A stretch of 63,251 nucleotides of DNA, filler included, from Octopus bimaculoides (GCF_001194135.2; 4 parts of 4 records of this genome joined end to end with filler, not necessarily neighbours in it), one strand, 5' to 3'; shown: positions 13,603 through 27,450, counted from the first letter of the whole stretch. Notes: generated by a model not told the origin, from the letters alone. Numbers and translations: made by a program.

Positions 13603-13650
13603 GCAATTGCTACTACTACTAATGCCGCTGCTGCTACTGCTAGTGCCGCT
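13513..13650. repeat. (ACT)n/(GCT)n trinucleotide microsatellite
   Basis: Directly visible; accounts for the poly-T and poly-S ORFs. Confidence 0.95.
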
Positions 13651-13784
13651 GCTGCTACTAATGGTGATTAGGAGGAGGATGAGACTACTACACATACATA
13701 TATACATATACTAATTGTTGTTCTTCTTCATGCTGTTGTTATTTTATAATAATTTTGCTTATTGCGTTACTTAGCCCGTCGGTA

Positions 13785-14007
13785 ACGCTTTCACATGATT
13801 AGAGAAAAGAGGGAGAAAGAAAAGTGGGAGGGAGTAAAAGAGGGAGAGAAAATATCCATGACGTGAGGTAGATGGAATGCAATTGTTACGCTTTCACGTG
13901 ATTAGTTAAAGGGAAAAAGAGCAGAAAGAAAAAGGAGAGAGAAAAAGAGGATAGGACGAATACTGAGACAGGAAGAGGGAGAGAGAAACGTCCATGACGT
14001 GAGGTAG
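13785..14007. repeat. Two-unit purine-rich tandem repeat (~100-135-bp units)
   Basis: ACGCTTTCAC(A/G)TGATTAG at 13785 and 13888; TCCATGACGTGAGGTAG at 13855 and 13991. Confidence 0.75.
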
Positions 14008-14200
14008 GGGGAACGTAGTGTTTATTGCGTGGTTAAAAAGGTTTGTTCAAGTTGCAGGGGGAGAGTTTTAAATTATAATTTTTTCAGAAGGGTGATGTTC
14101 TCATGGTGAGGTTAAAAAAAGGTAGAGAGGGGAGAGAGGGGTAGAGAAAGTGAAGAGAGAGGAGGGAGAATGAGAATGGGAAGTGAAACGTTAGTAGTGG

Positions 14201-14231
<31 letters not shown>

Positions 14232-14274
14232 GGTGAAGGTAGAGGTGGCGGTGTATGTTGACAGCCGATACACA

Positions 14275-14800
14275 TATTTATATTATTCTTTAAACTGCTG
14301 AGACTATGGATATTATCCAACGATCTCCTTTTTGGTCTACTTCTAAACTTGAAGAATCCATTTGCAATTTTTTCCTGCGACATTCTAATCCCATGTCCGT
14401 AGCACTCGAGCCGTGACCTCTCAATGTGGAGAAATAGCGCCTTGGTTCACAGAGACTCCCAGATCTCCGAGCTACGCAGCTATGCATGATGTTATTCCAA
14501 AGATCCTTCGATAGGATCCCATTTCGGCCATTTCTTTTTGCGATCGTACTTTTTCAGTTATTATTCATCATTGATCCCCATAGGTGAGAACAGGATGGAA
14601 AATTTAATGAAAGATAGTAAGTTCAACCATTTTACCAACCCTTTCTCTTCTTTTTTAATTAGACACGATGTGGCTAAAACTACATTATTCAGTGTAACGT
14701 ATCTTCATTTAAGACGATAAGATATGATTTCAATGCGACTTGATTGTTTTTTTCTGCATGTTGATATACAACATAGACGTTTCCTTCTTGGCCTATCAAT
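14275..14800 (-). mobile_element. RTE-clade LINE 3' remnant
   Basis: FHPVLTYG...EMAEMGSYRRIFG, and after a frameshift LFLHIERSRLECYGHGIRMSQEKIA...RSRPKRRSLDNI. These match the RTE C-terminal pattern P.LTYG / EM..LRRI.G / IER..LRW.GHV.RM / RGRP. Confidence 0.7.
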
Positions 14801-17091
14801 GGACAAGCAGCCTTTTGACGCTTCTGTCCACATACATAATGATGAACTTCAAAGAAGCGAGAAATGTAGTTATATAACCAACAATATAATATCTTCTCAA
14901 GAAACTTAATAAAATGTTTGAATTTCTGATCCCGGGTACAAAAGTCGTAGCATAGATAGAATAATCTAGAAACCTTATAAAACTGATAAGATTTAATCAG
15001 TCGTATCACTATATAGTTTTGAACTGGAAAGTTACCATCAATTTTATGAGTAATCCATGTTTCTGAATCCGGATCCTTCCCCTAAGCAAATAAAATAATT
15101 GCTTTTTATATACTTAATCAACAATGCACTGCTTGCTGTTTACGATTGATAAGCGATCTAATGTCTAATATTTTATGCCGTGGCAAAGGTCACGTAATTT
15201 AGACATCGTTGGGGTTTCCGAAAATAACATACCAGAGTTCATTTTCTCAATATCACTCTGACGAAGGAGAAAAAGAGCGGTTACTTATATAGTTATCTTC
15301 AGGCAGTCGTTTAGATGGTTAACTTTTAACAACAATATGTGGTTGATATATTTTCATTTATTCTGTAATATCTAAAAGAACACACGCATAAACAAGATGA
15401 TAAACAATTTCTCAGTTTCATTTAATTATCTTTTACTTTTGTTTTATTGGGCGTTTATTTCTGAGTCACATGACCTATCTTCAGAAATTTATTCATCTGA
15501 CTTTATCTTCTGGCAAATCTCCAGAGTTGTAACTCCTCCTACGTTTTCCACCTACATCGCCTTCCCCTGTATACAAGTGTTGGCATGGAACTAAGGGAAT
15601 AGTGGCTTTTTATAGCAATAAAAAGAAACGAAGAAATGAAAAGAAAAGAAGTCTTCAAGACAGGGATTGGCAGTGACTACATATCTTTTGGATCAATACC
15701 GTACTGCGGCACAAACACGGCGTGATATCATCATCATCAATATTACTACCACCACCACCACCTCCACCATCACCACTACCACCACAACTACCAAGAACAA
15801 CAACAACATTAAAAATAATAGTACAATAGTTGCTTAGTATAAATCTGGATGTTTAAAGAAATAGTACATACCATTCTCCATTGATTCAATAATTGACTTA
15901 TTCTCGTAAGAGCTGCCAAAGTTGACTTTAATCAAGAAATATTTAGAAATGGAAACCTAAGACGTGTTCCCAGTAAACTTCGATAATATGTGAATCACTA
16001 GAGTCTACTAAGAAACGTTATAACCAAACACTGCTCGTAATTGAAAATAATGATTTTGTGGCGTATATCAATTATCCAAAACTTAAGTAGATCATTTTTC
16101 CATTCTGATATTTTGTTTCTATCTTGATGTTATATTTCTATGCAGAACTATAATGAAATTTGTTCAACTGCCACTTTACATTTTGTGTAATCTGGTCTTA
16201 AGTGTTTTCTCATTCTTCATACTTTAAAAATCGAATAGATTATTAATATTTTTTAAACCTTGTAGTGGGGAATTCGATTGATTAAAACTAATTTTATTTC
16301 TAAAACAATGTGAGTCGACAAATATTTACTCAGGCGAATCTATTAATGAATGATGACAACTATTTACAACCCAAACCCTCGCCCTAAGCCTTAATCCTAT
16401 CCATGAAATGTCGCTTTCCTACTGTTTGCTTGCTGCCATTACAGTAAATAGTTATTATCTAGGAGAATGGCTCATTCTTTTACTGAATGGGAAAGAAACA
16501 AAAAATGATGATGATGTGTGCTTGACAGACAAAAAAAAAGATAGATCGAAAATTGAAATAAAACGGAGGATAAGAGAAAATACTGAATACGCTAAGAGGC
16601 ATTCTTTGGTGATAAATCACTTCAGCCTGGCTGGCATGTCAAAATTTGGGTGTTTATTAATCATGCGGTAAATGGCAGCCTCCGATATATATCCACTGGT
16701 CATTCAAAACTGAAAACAGAGTATTGCTCGCGTGTTAAATCAATGTGGGTTATACGATATTGATATTACACATACTCACGTCAATCCCAGGGATATTGTA
16801 GCAGCGCTACTGTTACTGCGGTTATTAGAACTGCAGTATTTTGTCTACACCTTATCCGTGTTGTCGAGGATAATCATCGAAATTATGCGCCTTTTTAGTA
16901 ATCCCAAACCGACCCATATCTATTTGTACTTAGAACATTCCCTTCAAATTTTAGTTCAACTTACATATAGACAAGGCATTGCGATGATGGTTTAACTGGC
17001 CGAAACTACAAAGATATTGTAGTTAATATTCTTGTTCAAAATGGTATGTGTGTGTGTATGTGTGTGTATACATATTTATATACGTACATGC

Positions 17092-17142
<51 letters not shown>

Positions 17143-17155
17143 NNNNNNNNNNATC

Positions 17156-17186
<31 letters not shown>

Positions 17187-17239
17187 AGAGACACAGAGAG
17201 AGAAAGACACAGATGGATAGACAGACAGCCAGTCAGGCA

Positions 17240-17250
17240 GACAGACAGAC

Positions 17251-17302
<52 letters not shown>
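17240..17302. repeat. (GATA)n microsatellite
   Basis: Directly visible. Confidence 0.95.
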
Positions 17303-17303
<1 letters not shown>

Positions 17304-17389
17304 CAGCGTACGATAGGTAAATTGTCGCCATTTTATATTTTTAATTTCATGCTGGTGCATTGTTTGTTTTTAATTTTGTCGACTATACA

Positions 17390-18025
17390 GTATAGTAAGG
17401 TCAGTCGGGTATCATCCGTGAGAAAAACAGCGCCATGACGCAATTCACTCTAACAGAAATTTGGAAATGACATGCTGTACTAATTGGCATTCCCACCGTA
17501 AGCACCAATAGGAATATTTCAGAGTTTGGGTGTCAGTGTGAGTATAGTGCAATCTGAGGATATGTGCCGAGAGTGATAAAAATCAAACATCGAGTCAACA
17601 TCATGGTATTGGGAGTGATCACCAGTGATGGTGGCGTTATGCATCCATTCATCTTCCCACAAGGCATCAGATTCAACATGGAGGCCTGCATCAAGTGCCT
17701 GGAGGAGGTATTGCAGCGCTGGGTCAAGAGGGTGGCTTCTGGAATGCCCTATATCTAGAAAAATGACACTGCACCATGCCACACATGCAGGAGAAACCAG
17801 TCATCCTGTCAGATAATTTCTGCGACTATATCACCCCTAACGTCTGGCCACCTAACTCCCCAGGCTGCAACCCGTTTGATTATGCGTTTGGCGCATTTGA
17901 GCAAGAAACCATCAAAACTCTTTGTAACAGCAAAGGTGAACTGAAGGCAAGGATTATGGCAGCATTCGCCAACTTAAACAAGGAGACATCTCAGAAGAGA
18001 TGTCAGCGTTATTTTCCCTTTTGCG
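17390..18025 (+). mobile_element. Internally deleted maT-type (DD37D) Tc1/mariner transposon
   Basis: N-terminal start at 17435 (MTQFTLTEIWK*HAVLIG) is joined by a deletion to KHRVNIMVLGVITSDG...PYI*KNDTAPCHT...LSDNFCDYITPNVWPPNSPGCNPFDY. There are 37 residues between the last two D after correcting a 1-nt deletion. Confidence 0.85.
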
Positions 18026-18727
18026 TTACTTAGACGACAGTCTATTCACCGCTCCCTGTATGTATATATGTATACATACATAGTTTATATTTATTGTAAC
18101 ACAAATACTGAGGTCATCATTACAATTTTTCTTTTTTTAAGCGTGTAGATTCTGAATCACGATTATTTATGCAAGAAAAGGATGAAGCATGGAACCATGG
18201 TTTTGTTCAATCGGCTATTCTGTTTACGTACGCATTACCGAGTTAGAGAAAGCAATGGTGTGACACTTTGTCATAAACAATCTGATGTCTTTTGTCAGGC
18301 ATAATATAAATACCCTTAAAATTCTTTTCGATCTGGGTTTTGTGCCATCATATTGAATTTAATTTAATTTTTATATTTATGAATAAATTGATGCATAATT
18401 TATAATTTTATTGAAATAAAGATTATATGGCACGTAGATATACATCAAAATATCCGTACGTAGTTTAGCACTGACTAATCATATTGGCGCCCTATGTACA
18501 GATGGATTTCAAAAGTTGTAAATATATATGTTTTAAAGTGATATATATTCTGGATTTGTCTATCGGTTCCCAGTGATCTAGACTTGTTTGAATATTTTTG
18601 CATTGTTGACCTTAATGTCTATATATCTTTGTCATATAAATGTAGCACGTCTTTATAATGTTGATGTTAAGTTATTGGTAGAGTTAATGGTTTCTCTGAA
18701 AATACTTTCTTGTTATGGGCACCAAAA

Positions 18728-18940
18728 AAGCGGCGGACTAGGAGAATCATTAGCACGCTGGGCAATATGCTTGGTGGCATTTCGCCTGTCTGTATGTTCT
18801 GAGTTCATTTTCGCTGACTTTACGTTTCACCCACTCGGAATCAATAAATTATGTAACCGTTCAGCACTGGAATCGATAAAATTGACTAGTCCTCCCACTC
18901 CCAAATTTCAGCCTTCGTGCCTATATTAAAATGGATATTA
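18728..18940 (+). mobile_element. SINE family A (head AAGGCGG-GAGCTGGCAGAATCGTTAGCAC), diverged copy
   Basis: Aligns by eye with the copies at 26336, 28997, 40449, 47291, 57899 and 59408. Confidence 0.8.
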
Positions 18941-19740
18941 CGGTTACAAAATATTTGGCAATATTCCTTTTATACAACAATGTTGTATAGTTGTGTAGAC
19001 AACAAACACTTTAATTCGTAATGCATTTTAAGTATATTGGTAAGTGTTTAGTTCTTTTTTTCAGATTGGAGTATATCTTTCCTTGTGTACTTCTATGTGA
19101 CTCAGTTGAATGTATATTTATTGGGTTATAATTTATTGCGTTCTTCCGATCAGTGGCTGGCTGGACAAAGACACTAGAATGAATCGCTGTTTGATTGATA
19201 TACCTCAGACAATATCAAGTTTAGTGCGTGATATTCATTAAATATGCAGTTTTATGTTTCTCTTCACCTGTCACTCCCAGGCCAGATATATCGAATATTG
19301 TAGTTATTTGTTTTCCTGCTATATCATCTGTACCATCGCTTGCCATATTTGAAACCCTTATCCCATTGTTCATGTGCAGACTGGCGTAAATGCTTTTAAC
19401 AGAGATTTTGAATAGATTTAGTAAGAACAAGCCTAACATCGCACATATTGCTACCGGCTTAACATAAAGATATAAACGATGAGGTTTCTTTTTTAACCCA
19501 GCATGACTTTTTGATGGATATATTGGTATTTAGGATGATCAGCGAGAATTATGCGTTATGTTAATGAATCTTCCCACGAAATGAATCATCCTGGTAAATG
19601 TGTATTTGTTATGATTCCGAAGCTCTTAAGCGGTATAAAGTTTTGAACCATACCGTGCTACAAAAACATTTTAAAATTAAGACTAGATAGTTTAATTTGC
19701 AATGCTAAAATAATATTTAGTATGTTATAGCAACTTTCGT

Positions 19741-20162
19741 CTTTTATTTTTTACTTGTTTCAGTCATTACACTGCGGCCATGCTGGAGAGCTACCTTCAA
19801 GAATTTTTAAACGAGTGAAACGAATCAAGTACTTTTTAAAGCCTGGTACTTATTCTTTCGAGATCTTAGGCCGAACCGCTAGGTTATGGAGACGTAAACA
19901 CTCCAACAACAGTTGCCAAGTGGTAGGAAAAAAACAAACACGGACACAAAGATGCACACACACGCACACGCACACACACACACACATATATTTATATATA
20001 TATACACGACGGGATTCTTTCAGTTTGCGTCTACCAAATACAATTCCCCAGGTAGACTCAAGGATATAGAAGACACTTGATCAAGGTAACTCGCAGCGGG
20101 GCTCAACCCAGAACTTTATGATTGGGAAGCAACCGTCTTACCACACAGTCATGCCTGTGCCT
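19741..20162 (-). mobile_element. SINE family B, near full length, with internal (CA)/(TA) tract
   Basis: Head at 20040-20162 matches 4823-4903; tail at 19741-19930 matches 43600-43727. Confidence 0.8.
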
Positions 20163-23132
20163 ATGTATATGTCATTGAGATTTTGAAGATTTTCTTTCGT
20201 CCTTCAATGTGATGAAGACATGCTTTTTGGCATAGCGTTTACGAGGGACCTGATTGCTGTTTCGTGAATACCTGCGTTATGTCTCTCTAGCTGGTGATCA
20301 ATTTCTAGGTGTTGTTATGTTGCTGCATATAACATACCTGAAGATATTTAATCTTGCCTCGTGTAAATTTCTTGCTTTGTATGCAAATATAAATACGTTA
20401 GTGATTAATATTATTATCTTTAAACGGAGAAGAGTGTGTAGGAAAGTTTAATTTCTGCTTTTTCCTTTATTTCTGTATTGTTTATTAACTTAAAGCACTT
20501 GATTTGAACTGATTCGGATTTTGTTTTTATGATAGGCATATTTGTGCTTTTGTCTGTGGTATCGTTTCATTCTTATTTATATTGTACATGATTTTCAAAC
20601 ACTGATTTTGTTTGCAGAGGCATATAGCATAAAAACAGTGTTCTATAACATTACATAACCCATTCGGAAATCTTATCCAGATAGGTCATCCATTCCAACC
20701 CCACCAACAATATGGATGCAAGCAACAACTTTATAAAATCATTTCCACTATCATACAAAATACGAAAATAAACACAATTGGTGGAAATATCCGTCATGCA
20801 ATTACCAAAATATATATCTCCTTTTAAAGGGTAAATGCCGAAAGAGAAACATTGCATGCCAAGCTGATGTCTCGTCTGGCAACACATTAAGAAACTACCT
20901 AAGACGTGGAGACATTTATTTCAAATGTGTATTCCACCAATGCCAGACTTGATTCTGTCTTCACTTTCTAGAAAGTTACCCGTCAATTTCAGCGTTTAAT
21001 TGTAAATCGCGAAACATGCGAGAGTTCACATTGTCACATCGTCAGTCAGACATCATGTGCCAACCTGCACTAATCTTAAATATGATAGTGAATAATTGTC
21101 GACCTGCTGGCTTATAACTAGTTTTCACTCCGACATTTCAAAGAGGACTTCTCCGATATATTAAAGATAATAACCAGAATTTAAACCATTTACAAGAATA
21201 ATTCACTCTACTTTCTATTTCTTTCTTTTCCAATATTTCGTGGACGTACAGCTGACGTTTCTGTTTAACAAATAGTCGATTGAGCCAAGCTGTAATCTGA
21301 AAGTGTTATCTCTGTTCAGTGTACTGCATAAACACATAGACACACATTGTGTCTGCGTCTGTGATGTATATAAAATATCTATATAGATATATACCCAACT
21401 ATGTACACATAGACACATATGCGAGTGTTAAAAGTGAATTTGCATACCAGTAGCTATGTATAACGAACAAGTGAGTGAATTATCTTTTCAAAATATCAAT
21501 AAAAAACAAACTAATCGTTACAATAATTTTGCAGCATAACTATATTTTACTGAAACCATTTATCACCTTAGTCTCCAAAATTTATTTATGTCGAATTTAG
21601 TTGAGATAATACCAAATGGAATTTGAATGTAGAAAATACTAAACATTTCATCTATTTCCACTGTTCAATGTAATGTATAGTGCTTATATAGTTTCTAAGT
21701 ATTCGTTTTAAACATTTATGACTACGCAAAATAAGAGTAAAAAATAGTAAATATAATAATCTTATTTGCATATACAATTTACGCCTCACAGATAAAACAT
21801 AATTTTTTTTTAAATTAAAAAAAGACAAATGCAAAAATAGTTTTGTTGCGCTACACCAGTTGATTCTATTTTATATTCTACGATTGGGAAGTATATAGGT
21901 TATATGTGTAGAGAGCGCTAAATATTCAGACTTCATGGCATTTTTGATATATTTGGTCGAAGCCTTGTACTGTTCCCTGCCTTATGAGGCACGCTGGACA
22001 AACAGGAAATTGTGCAGAATGTTGCCGGATGAAATGTAATTCCTGTTTGTTTTAATACCACCATCTGGATTTTCTGATTTCTTTAACGGCGTCTTTTTTA
22101 CCGACAACATTTGAACCAGCTTTATAACCTGAGAATAATGTGAATTTGAGCTGTGGTTTCTTCTGTGTTCCAACATACACAAACACACACTCCAGTTTCA
22201 GACGTTTTGCAAAAGAAAACTTGAAAGATCATGTATGCTGCCCTTGTACCGTTGGTTGAGCCATAACAAGAATGACAAAAACGTTATTAATATAAGAATG
22301 ATTTATGTGGAATTCCAAAAGTTGTTGATTAGAATATTGCAGGAAAACTTGAAAGAGAAGAATGCTATTGAGGTTATAGTCTTGCGTGTATCATATACAC
22401 CAGATTCTAATTAAAGCTTTTATATCAGAATTTTATTTGATAGTAGTGTTAGACTAACAGTCTAATCGTAGAAATCTGCGCACATCATTTGAATTAATAT
22501 GAATTTTTATTTTCATGGGAACCTTCATTAGTTCCAACATACTTAAAAGTGAGCTCTAGAATATTATTAAGAAACTGGAGTTGTAATTATCTCATTTTCC
22601 AACTTCTAATCTACATCTATCTCTAACTCATTTATTAGAACTAATGCAAATATTTTTTAGCAGAGACATGTATTCAGATTAGAAATTGTCTTCCTTTCCC
22701 ATTTTAGATAAACTATTTCTGATCTTGATCAATAACTTCAATAATGAATATTTCCATATTTTGATAAGTTAATAGAAAGGAACAGGAAAGGAAATCAGAT
22801 TTCTTGCGTGGAACACAGTCTATTTCGTGAAGAATAAAAACCACAACCTTCATTCTTAACGTTTCTGCCCTAGAAACTAAATTAGTGTTTGTGCACAGTC
22901 ACATTATATATTTATTCGCAAATATATTTTGAGACTGTGATACAAATATTCGATAATTTTGCAACCTTCAAATTTAGCAAATTATATGCTATGCGATGTC
23001 TTGAATATTTTCGGTGGCTTCGCATTTTTAGATGCTAGTGGAAACGTTTGTACAATACAGGTTCTTTAGTAAGACACATAATATCAGAGCAAAGTGTGCA
23101 TTCTGCATTCTTTGAAGTAGTGCAAATTGAAA

Positions 23133-23305
23133 TATTAGTTTCAGATTTTGGCACAAGGCCAGCAATTTCGGCAGAATGGCTAAGTCGGTTACATCTGATA
23201 CTTATTTTATGGACCCTGCGAGGATGAAAGGCAAAGCCGACCACGGCGGTATTTGAATCCAGCATTGTTCCCGGCATGCCTACGATTTTGCAAGCCCACC
23301 ACCGC
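23133..23305 (-). mobile_element. SINE family A, internally deleted
   Basis: Core GGATGAAAGGCAAAG and tail TTTTGGCACAAGGCCAGCAATTTC shared with other copies. Confidence 0.7.
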
Positions 23306-24324
23306 AGTATAGATCGAAAGTGTGATTATCCAATTTGTATGTCTCAATATTTCACGTCACACTTCTTACACTTTTTGTGAGTACAGAAAAATTTTCCAGG
23401 AAACGTAGAAAATTTTCACTAAACGCCTTCTCTAAGTTGGAAAACCCTCTCAGAGAATTTCGTGAAGTATTACTAAAAACTAACCATGATGAAAATGTAA
23501 GTATTTGAAAGCACGAAGTAATTGCCGTATCCCCAAGCCGTTGAAGATTCAGCATCATTTTTATTAGAAATGGTAGTTTCTGAAGTATTAGAATCAGGAA
23601 CAGCATTTGTGTTAACAGACTAAGGATACTGAGAGCACACTAAAATTATACGGTTCTAGATCAGTACTGAAGATGCATGTTTAAAAAAATGATTAGGTCT
23701 GGATATATTTGATTCCGTTTATCATGTTCTGTATTTATTCCATCTAGGAAAAGAAAGAATAAGATTTTATTAATTAATATTGGAGTTAAAGATATTTATC
23801 TCTGGGCAAAAATCATAAAAACAGCATTCGATATATTAACATTAAGGATCTCACAAATGAGGTGGTATGAAATAATTTTGGATTTCACATGAAATCCGTT
23901 TTTCATTTAAAGTGCAAAATCAATTTCCTTAATCACAGCATCAATTTTTCTAAAAGAGACTGTGTAAAAGAATTTTAAATGGTAAAATTATAAGAATCAT
24001 CTCTTATAATTTAGACGTGTTTAGTTAATCCTGGCTGCTGCAAGTTTATTTTCACTAACATTTCGCAGTAAACAAAATCACAAATGTTGAGAGCACCTTA
24101 CTTTGAATTACGAAAGATTTCGCCATACTCACGTGCGCGCGTGTGTATTTCTCGCCGTTCTCTTTCACTTTTCACTTTCTTCACTCATCCCATTCTCTCA
24201 AAGGGTGCAGTCTGGAAACGTCAAGGACTTTTCCATTGTTCCCGAGCGTTAATCTAATACTTTTGTTTTTTACTCCTTCACCTGTCGTTGTCTTTTGTTT
24301 TTTATACATTTGAACCATATATAC

Positions 24325-25010
24325 ATAGATAGATAGATAGATAGGTTTCTTTATTAGCCACACAGGGCTCAACACAGAGGGGACAAAATACAAATGTAGA
24401 GTTTTTCTTTTCAAGGGGGGCGAAAACAAAGCAGAAAAAAAAACAAAAGTGGGGACAACGATGAAAAAAAAACATCGCAAAACGTTTGGGGTACTTACAA
24501 AAAATACGAAATAATACAGAAAATTCCCAATAAATGGGGAGGTTATCCCTGGAAACAAAAACCTACGAAAAGACCACGGTAACCTCGGTCCTTAGTGTCA
24601 CAGTTTGTTAAATAAAATTTCTTTTATTTATGCAAGAAACGTAAGTAACTCTGTTTACAAAATTTTAAAACGTTTTATAGAATCATGGTCAAGGTGGCTT
24701 CGTCATTTATACGTGCCATTCTTGCTACATGTATCCATCTTTTTTCGAAACATTTGCTAGACAACACTTGCCTCTCTACTCTCACCTTCCTTTTCAAGTG
24801 ATACTTGAAAAAGTTGATGAGAGATTGGCCAGAGAGAAAAGTATTTGTCTCTGATCCTTTCAGACGCGTCCACCAGATGCATTCTTTCGCCATAGCCACA
24901 AGTACGATAAATACAGCTCTTCATTCCCGTTTAAAGGAAGGACGCGTGACGATATTGACGATAGACTCGGTTGATAAACCGACTCGTCCCACACGCGACA
25001 GCAGTCGTTC
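24325..25010 (-). mobile_element. Tx1/L1-like LINE: ORF2 C-terminus, 3' UTR and (TATC)n tail; 5' part lost in gap
   Basis: ERLLSRVGRVGLSTESIVNIV...*RAVFIVLVAMAKECIWWTRLKG...FEKRW, ending at 24675 (AK..IW..R is typical of L1/Tx1 C-termini). The 3' UTR ends AATAAAGAAA and is followed by TATC repeats. Confidence 0.7.
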
Positions 25011-25110
25011 NNNNNNNNNNNNNNNNNNNNNNNNNNNNNNNNNNNNNNNNNNNNTTAATTAATTAANNNNNNNNNNNNNNNNNNNNNNNNNNNNNNNNNN
25101 NNNNNNNNNN
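25011..25110. other. Artificial scaffold-join marker 44N-TTAATTAATTAA-44N
   Basis: Identical 100-bp construct at 25011, 56789 and 61438; the 12-mer has stop codons in all six frames. Confidence 0.95.
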
Positions 25111-25300
25111 GTGTGACTACTATCTAGATTTTCCTGATGTATTTTTCCTTTCAATTGTTCTATTTCTATTTCTGATATTTTTTTGCTTTTAGAATATATC
25201 TTCTTATGTTAGCTAGTTTGTTAGGGTTCATTGTTTTATCGAGGTCTATATTTACATTATTTTTCTTCCATATTTTATATGTATGTGTTGTTGCGTTTTC

Positions 25301-25301
<1 letters not shown>

Positions 25302-25369
<68 letters not shown>
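25302..25369. repeat. (TTA)n microsatellite
   Basis: Directly visible. Confidence 0.95.
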
Positions 25370-26335
25370 GTCTTATCACTGATGAGTGGGCTTAAGCATT
25401 TAAGTGTGTTCAATTCATGTCATGACAGAGTGTGTTACGTATGTGCGCATCTAAATATCTACTTACCAACAATTTTGTGTTTTATATTGCTTACACCTGA
25501 GATCCTTATTACTGAATGATAATCACGTACTTCGAAATTTTAGGATGACAATTATCATTTTGTTTACCACGCGAATAAATTGCATAAAATTTCTGAACTT
25601 TTTAATTTTGTTCTTAATTCTTTAGATACATCCGAAACAGACCAACACTAAAGAAATTGTCTTCTTACATAAGCAGAAAGCTGTGATCTGCATATAGAGA
25701 GAGAAGAAATAAGACTTTATGATGGTATACTTTCCTAAAGGATCTTATTGATGTGAAGTAAAATGAAATAACTTCAAATAGGAAGCGAAACACGCCTGAA
25801 ACTCTATGTAATGCAAACTTATTACTCTACGATATTCATCATACGAATCTTAATACAGATGCTAGAGAATGTATACCAGATTTCTTTTATTTATTTAACA
25901 ATAGATATAAAGTTTTTATGAGATTCCTTGCGTGACAAAGAGACAAAATGTTTGAAATTATTTCACATTGAAGGCTTTTAATCTGAATCAACTGTAAAGA
26001 TTATTTATGTTGTTCCTTGTGCGTAATTCCTTCAAATGATGCTGAATTTTGTGAAATTTGTTTCATAGAGAATATGTATAGAGCTGTAAACAGATCTTGA
26101 CGTATCGCCACGGTTTCTAGTTTGCTACATTATCGGGGTGGGTGAGGATGTTAACAATTCAGTACGTGTGTAGTTTCATAACAGTCTAATTAAAATGCCA
26201 GGCTGTATGATGTGAATAATCCACACTGTAGATATCTTTTATATAGTTAAAAATTTACCGAATAATTATATCACAGAGTTAATATTTTAATATGACATAA
26301 TATCTATAAACTCTAAAAAGTATAACTATGATACC

Positions 26336-26548
26336 ATATTCTTTTCTACTCTAGGCGCAAGGCCTGAAATTTTTGGGGAAGCGGGCCAGTCGATTAGATC
26401 GACCCCAGTACGCAACTGGTACTTAATTTATTGACCCCGAAAGGATGAAAGGCAAAGTCAACTTCAGTGGAATTTGAACTCAGAGCGTAAAGACAGACGA
26501 AATACCGCTAAGCATTTCGCCCGGCGTGCTCTGTCAGCTCGCCGCCTT
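26336..26548 (-). mobile_element. SINE family A, CpG-rich (young-looking) copy
   Basis: tRNA-like head, core TCATCCTTTCGGGGTC..TAAATTAAGTACCAG, tail CCTAGAGTAGAAAAG. Confidence 0.9.
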
Positions 26549-27009
26549 AACTATGACACTATATTGTAGTCGTTCTGAGTAAACTTGAATGTTATTCGAA
26601 ACATCATATTATCACACATTCTTCAGAAAGAGCTGCCTATTACCAAATTTCCTTTCAATACGATGCATTTGATTAATTAACTCTTTTAGCTTCTTGATAT
26701 TCTTTAATCTTTCATGGTTATGATCCACGGAGCCAAAGGAATTTCAATAACTTAATTTGTGTAAGATGAATGAATAGGACTGAATGAGAGGATGGATTAT
26801 TTGGACAATATTTCTTTGCCAAATCAGCTTTCTCTCGCTGATAGTTCAGATGAACGCATCTATGCGTGAATTTTTGAAGCGTACCAAAAGGGATACAAAG
26901 ACAGTTACATTACTTTGCAGAAGTATTATCGGTTTCAAACAACATGAGTGGAAACTTTTACATATTTTTCTTTTGTTTGCCTCAAGAGAAAAAGGAGTGT
27001 GCTAATAAC

Positions 27010-27450
27010 CATTTCAGGCCCTTGGAGATTGCTGATAGTGATGTGATTGATGCTCAGTTTGAACAGCTGAAAGTTAACGCCTGTGAAATATAAGTGGATG
27101 GGAGGGGAAATTCAGGGGGTCAATATCCTGGAAGGAAGGATTGGGATGATTAAGTGTAGGGCTCGGAGGGAAAAATAGAGAATAGCTAACGGGATGAGAG
27201 ACGAATGTGGAGCAGGGATCGTTGTTGAGGCAGAGTAAGTTAAAGTGATACTGGGTCTACGGGCTAGAGGATGGGATTTGTTGATAAGTGACTCCTTGTC
27301 AAGTAACATTTCTTTTAAATGCTGTGGCGAATATACTTGTGTAGCCCCACAGATTTGGGAGTAGTATTACAGTATGGGTCTCAATGGAGCTTTGTAGAAA
27401 ATCAGCAGCTTTCTTAAAAATTAAACGAAGCCGTAATATTTGTTACCCGC
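27010..27450 (-). mobile_element. Jockey/L2-like LINE 3' remnant
   Basis: LLIFYKAPLRPIL*YYSQICGA...HPLARR resembles the C-terminal pattern LYKA.VRP.LEY.S.IW...PL..RR. Confidence 0.5.

Noticed and set aside
14689-15009. ORF containing CGQKRQKAACPLIG...VVYQ, resembling a PLE nuclease linker
   Set aside because: The adjacent frames read as RTE reverse-transcriptase C-terminus and no YIG follows; probably coincidental.
25375-25430. CTGATGAG at 25379 next to (TTA)n as a hammerhead
   Set aside because: No GAAA motif; too degenerate to support.
26784-27005. ORF with hydrophobic N-terminus and KRTKR, like a neuropeptide precursor
   Set aside because: No splice or homology support; hydrophobic, Lys-rich ORFs arise easily in AT-rich DNA. 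The same applies to the exon-like stretches at 8280-8370 and 23340-23510.
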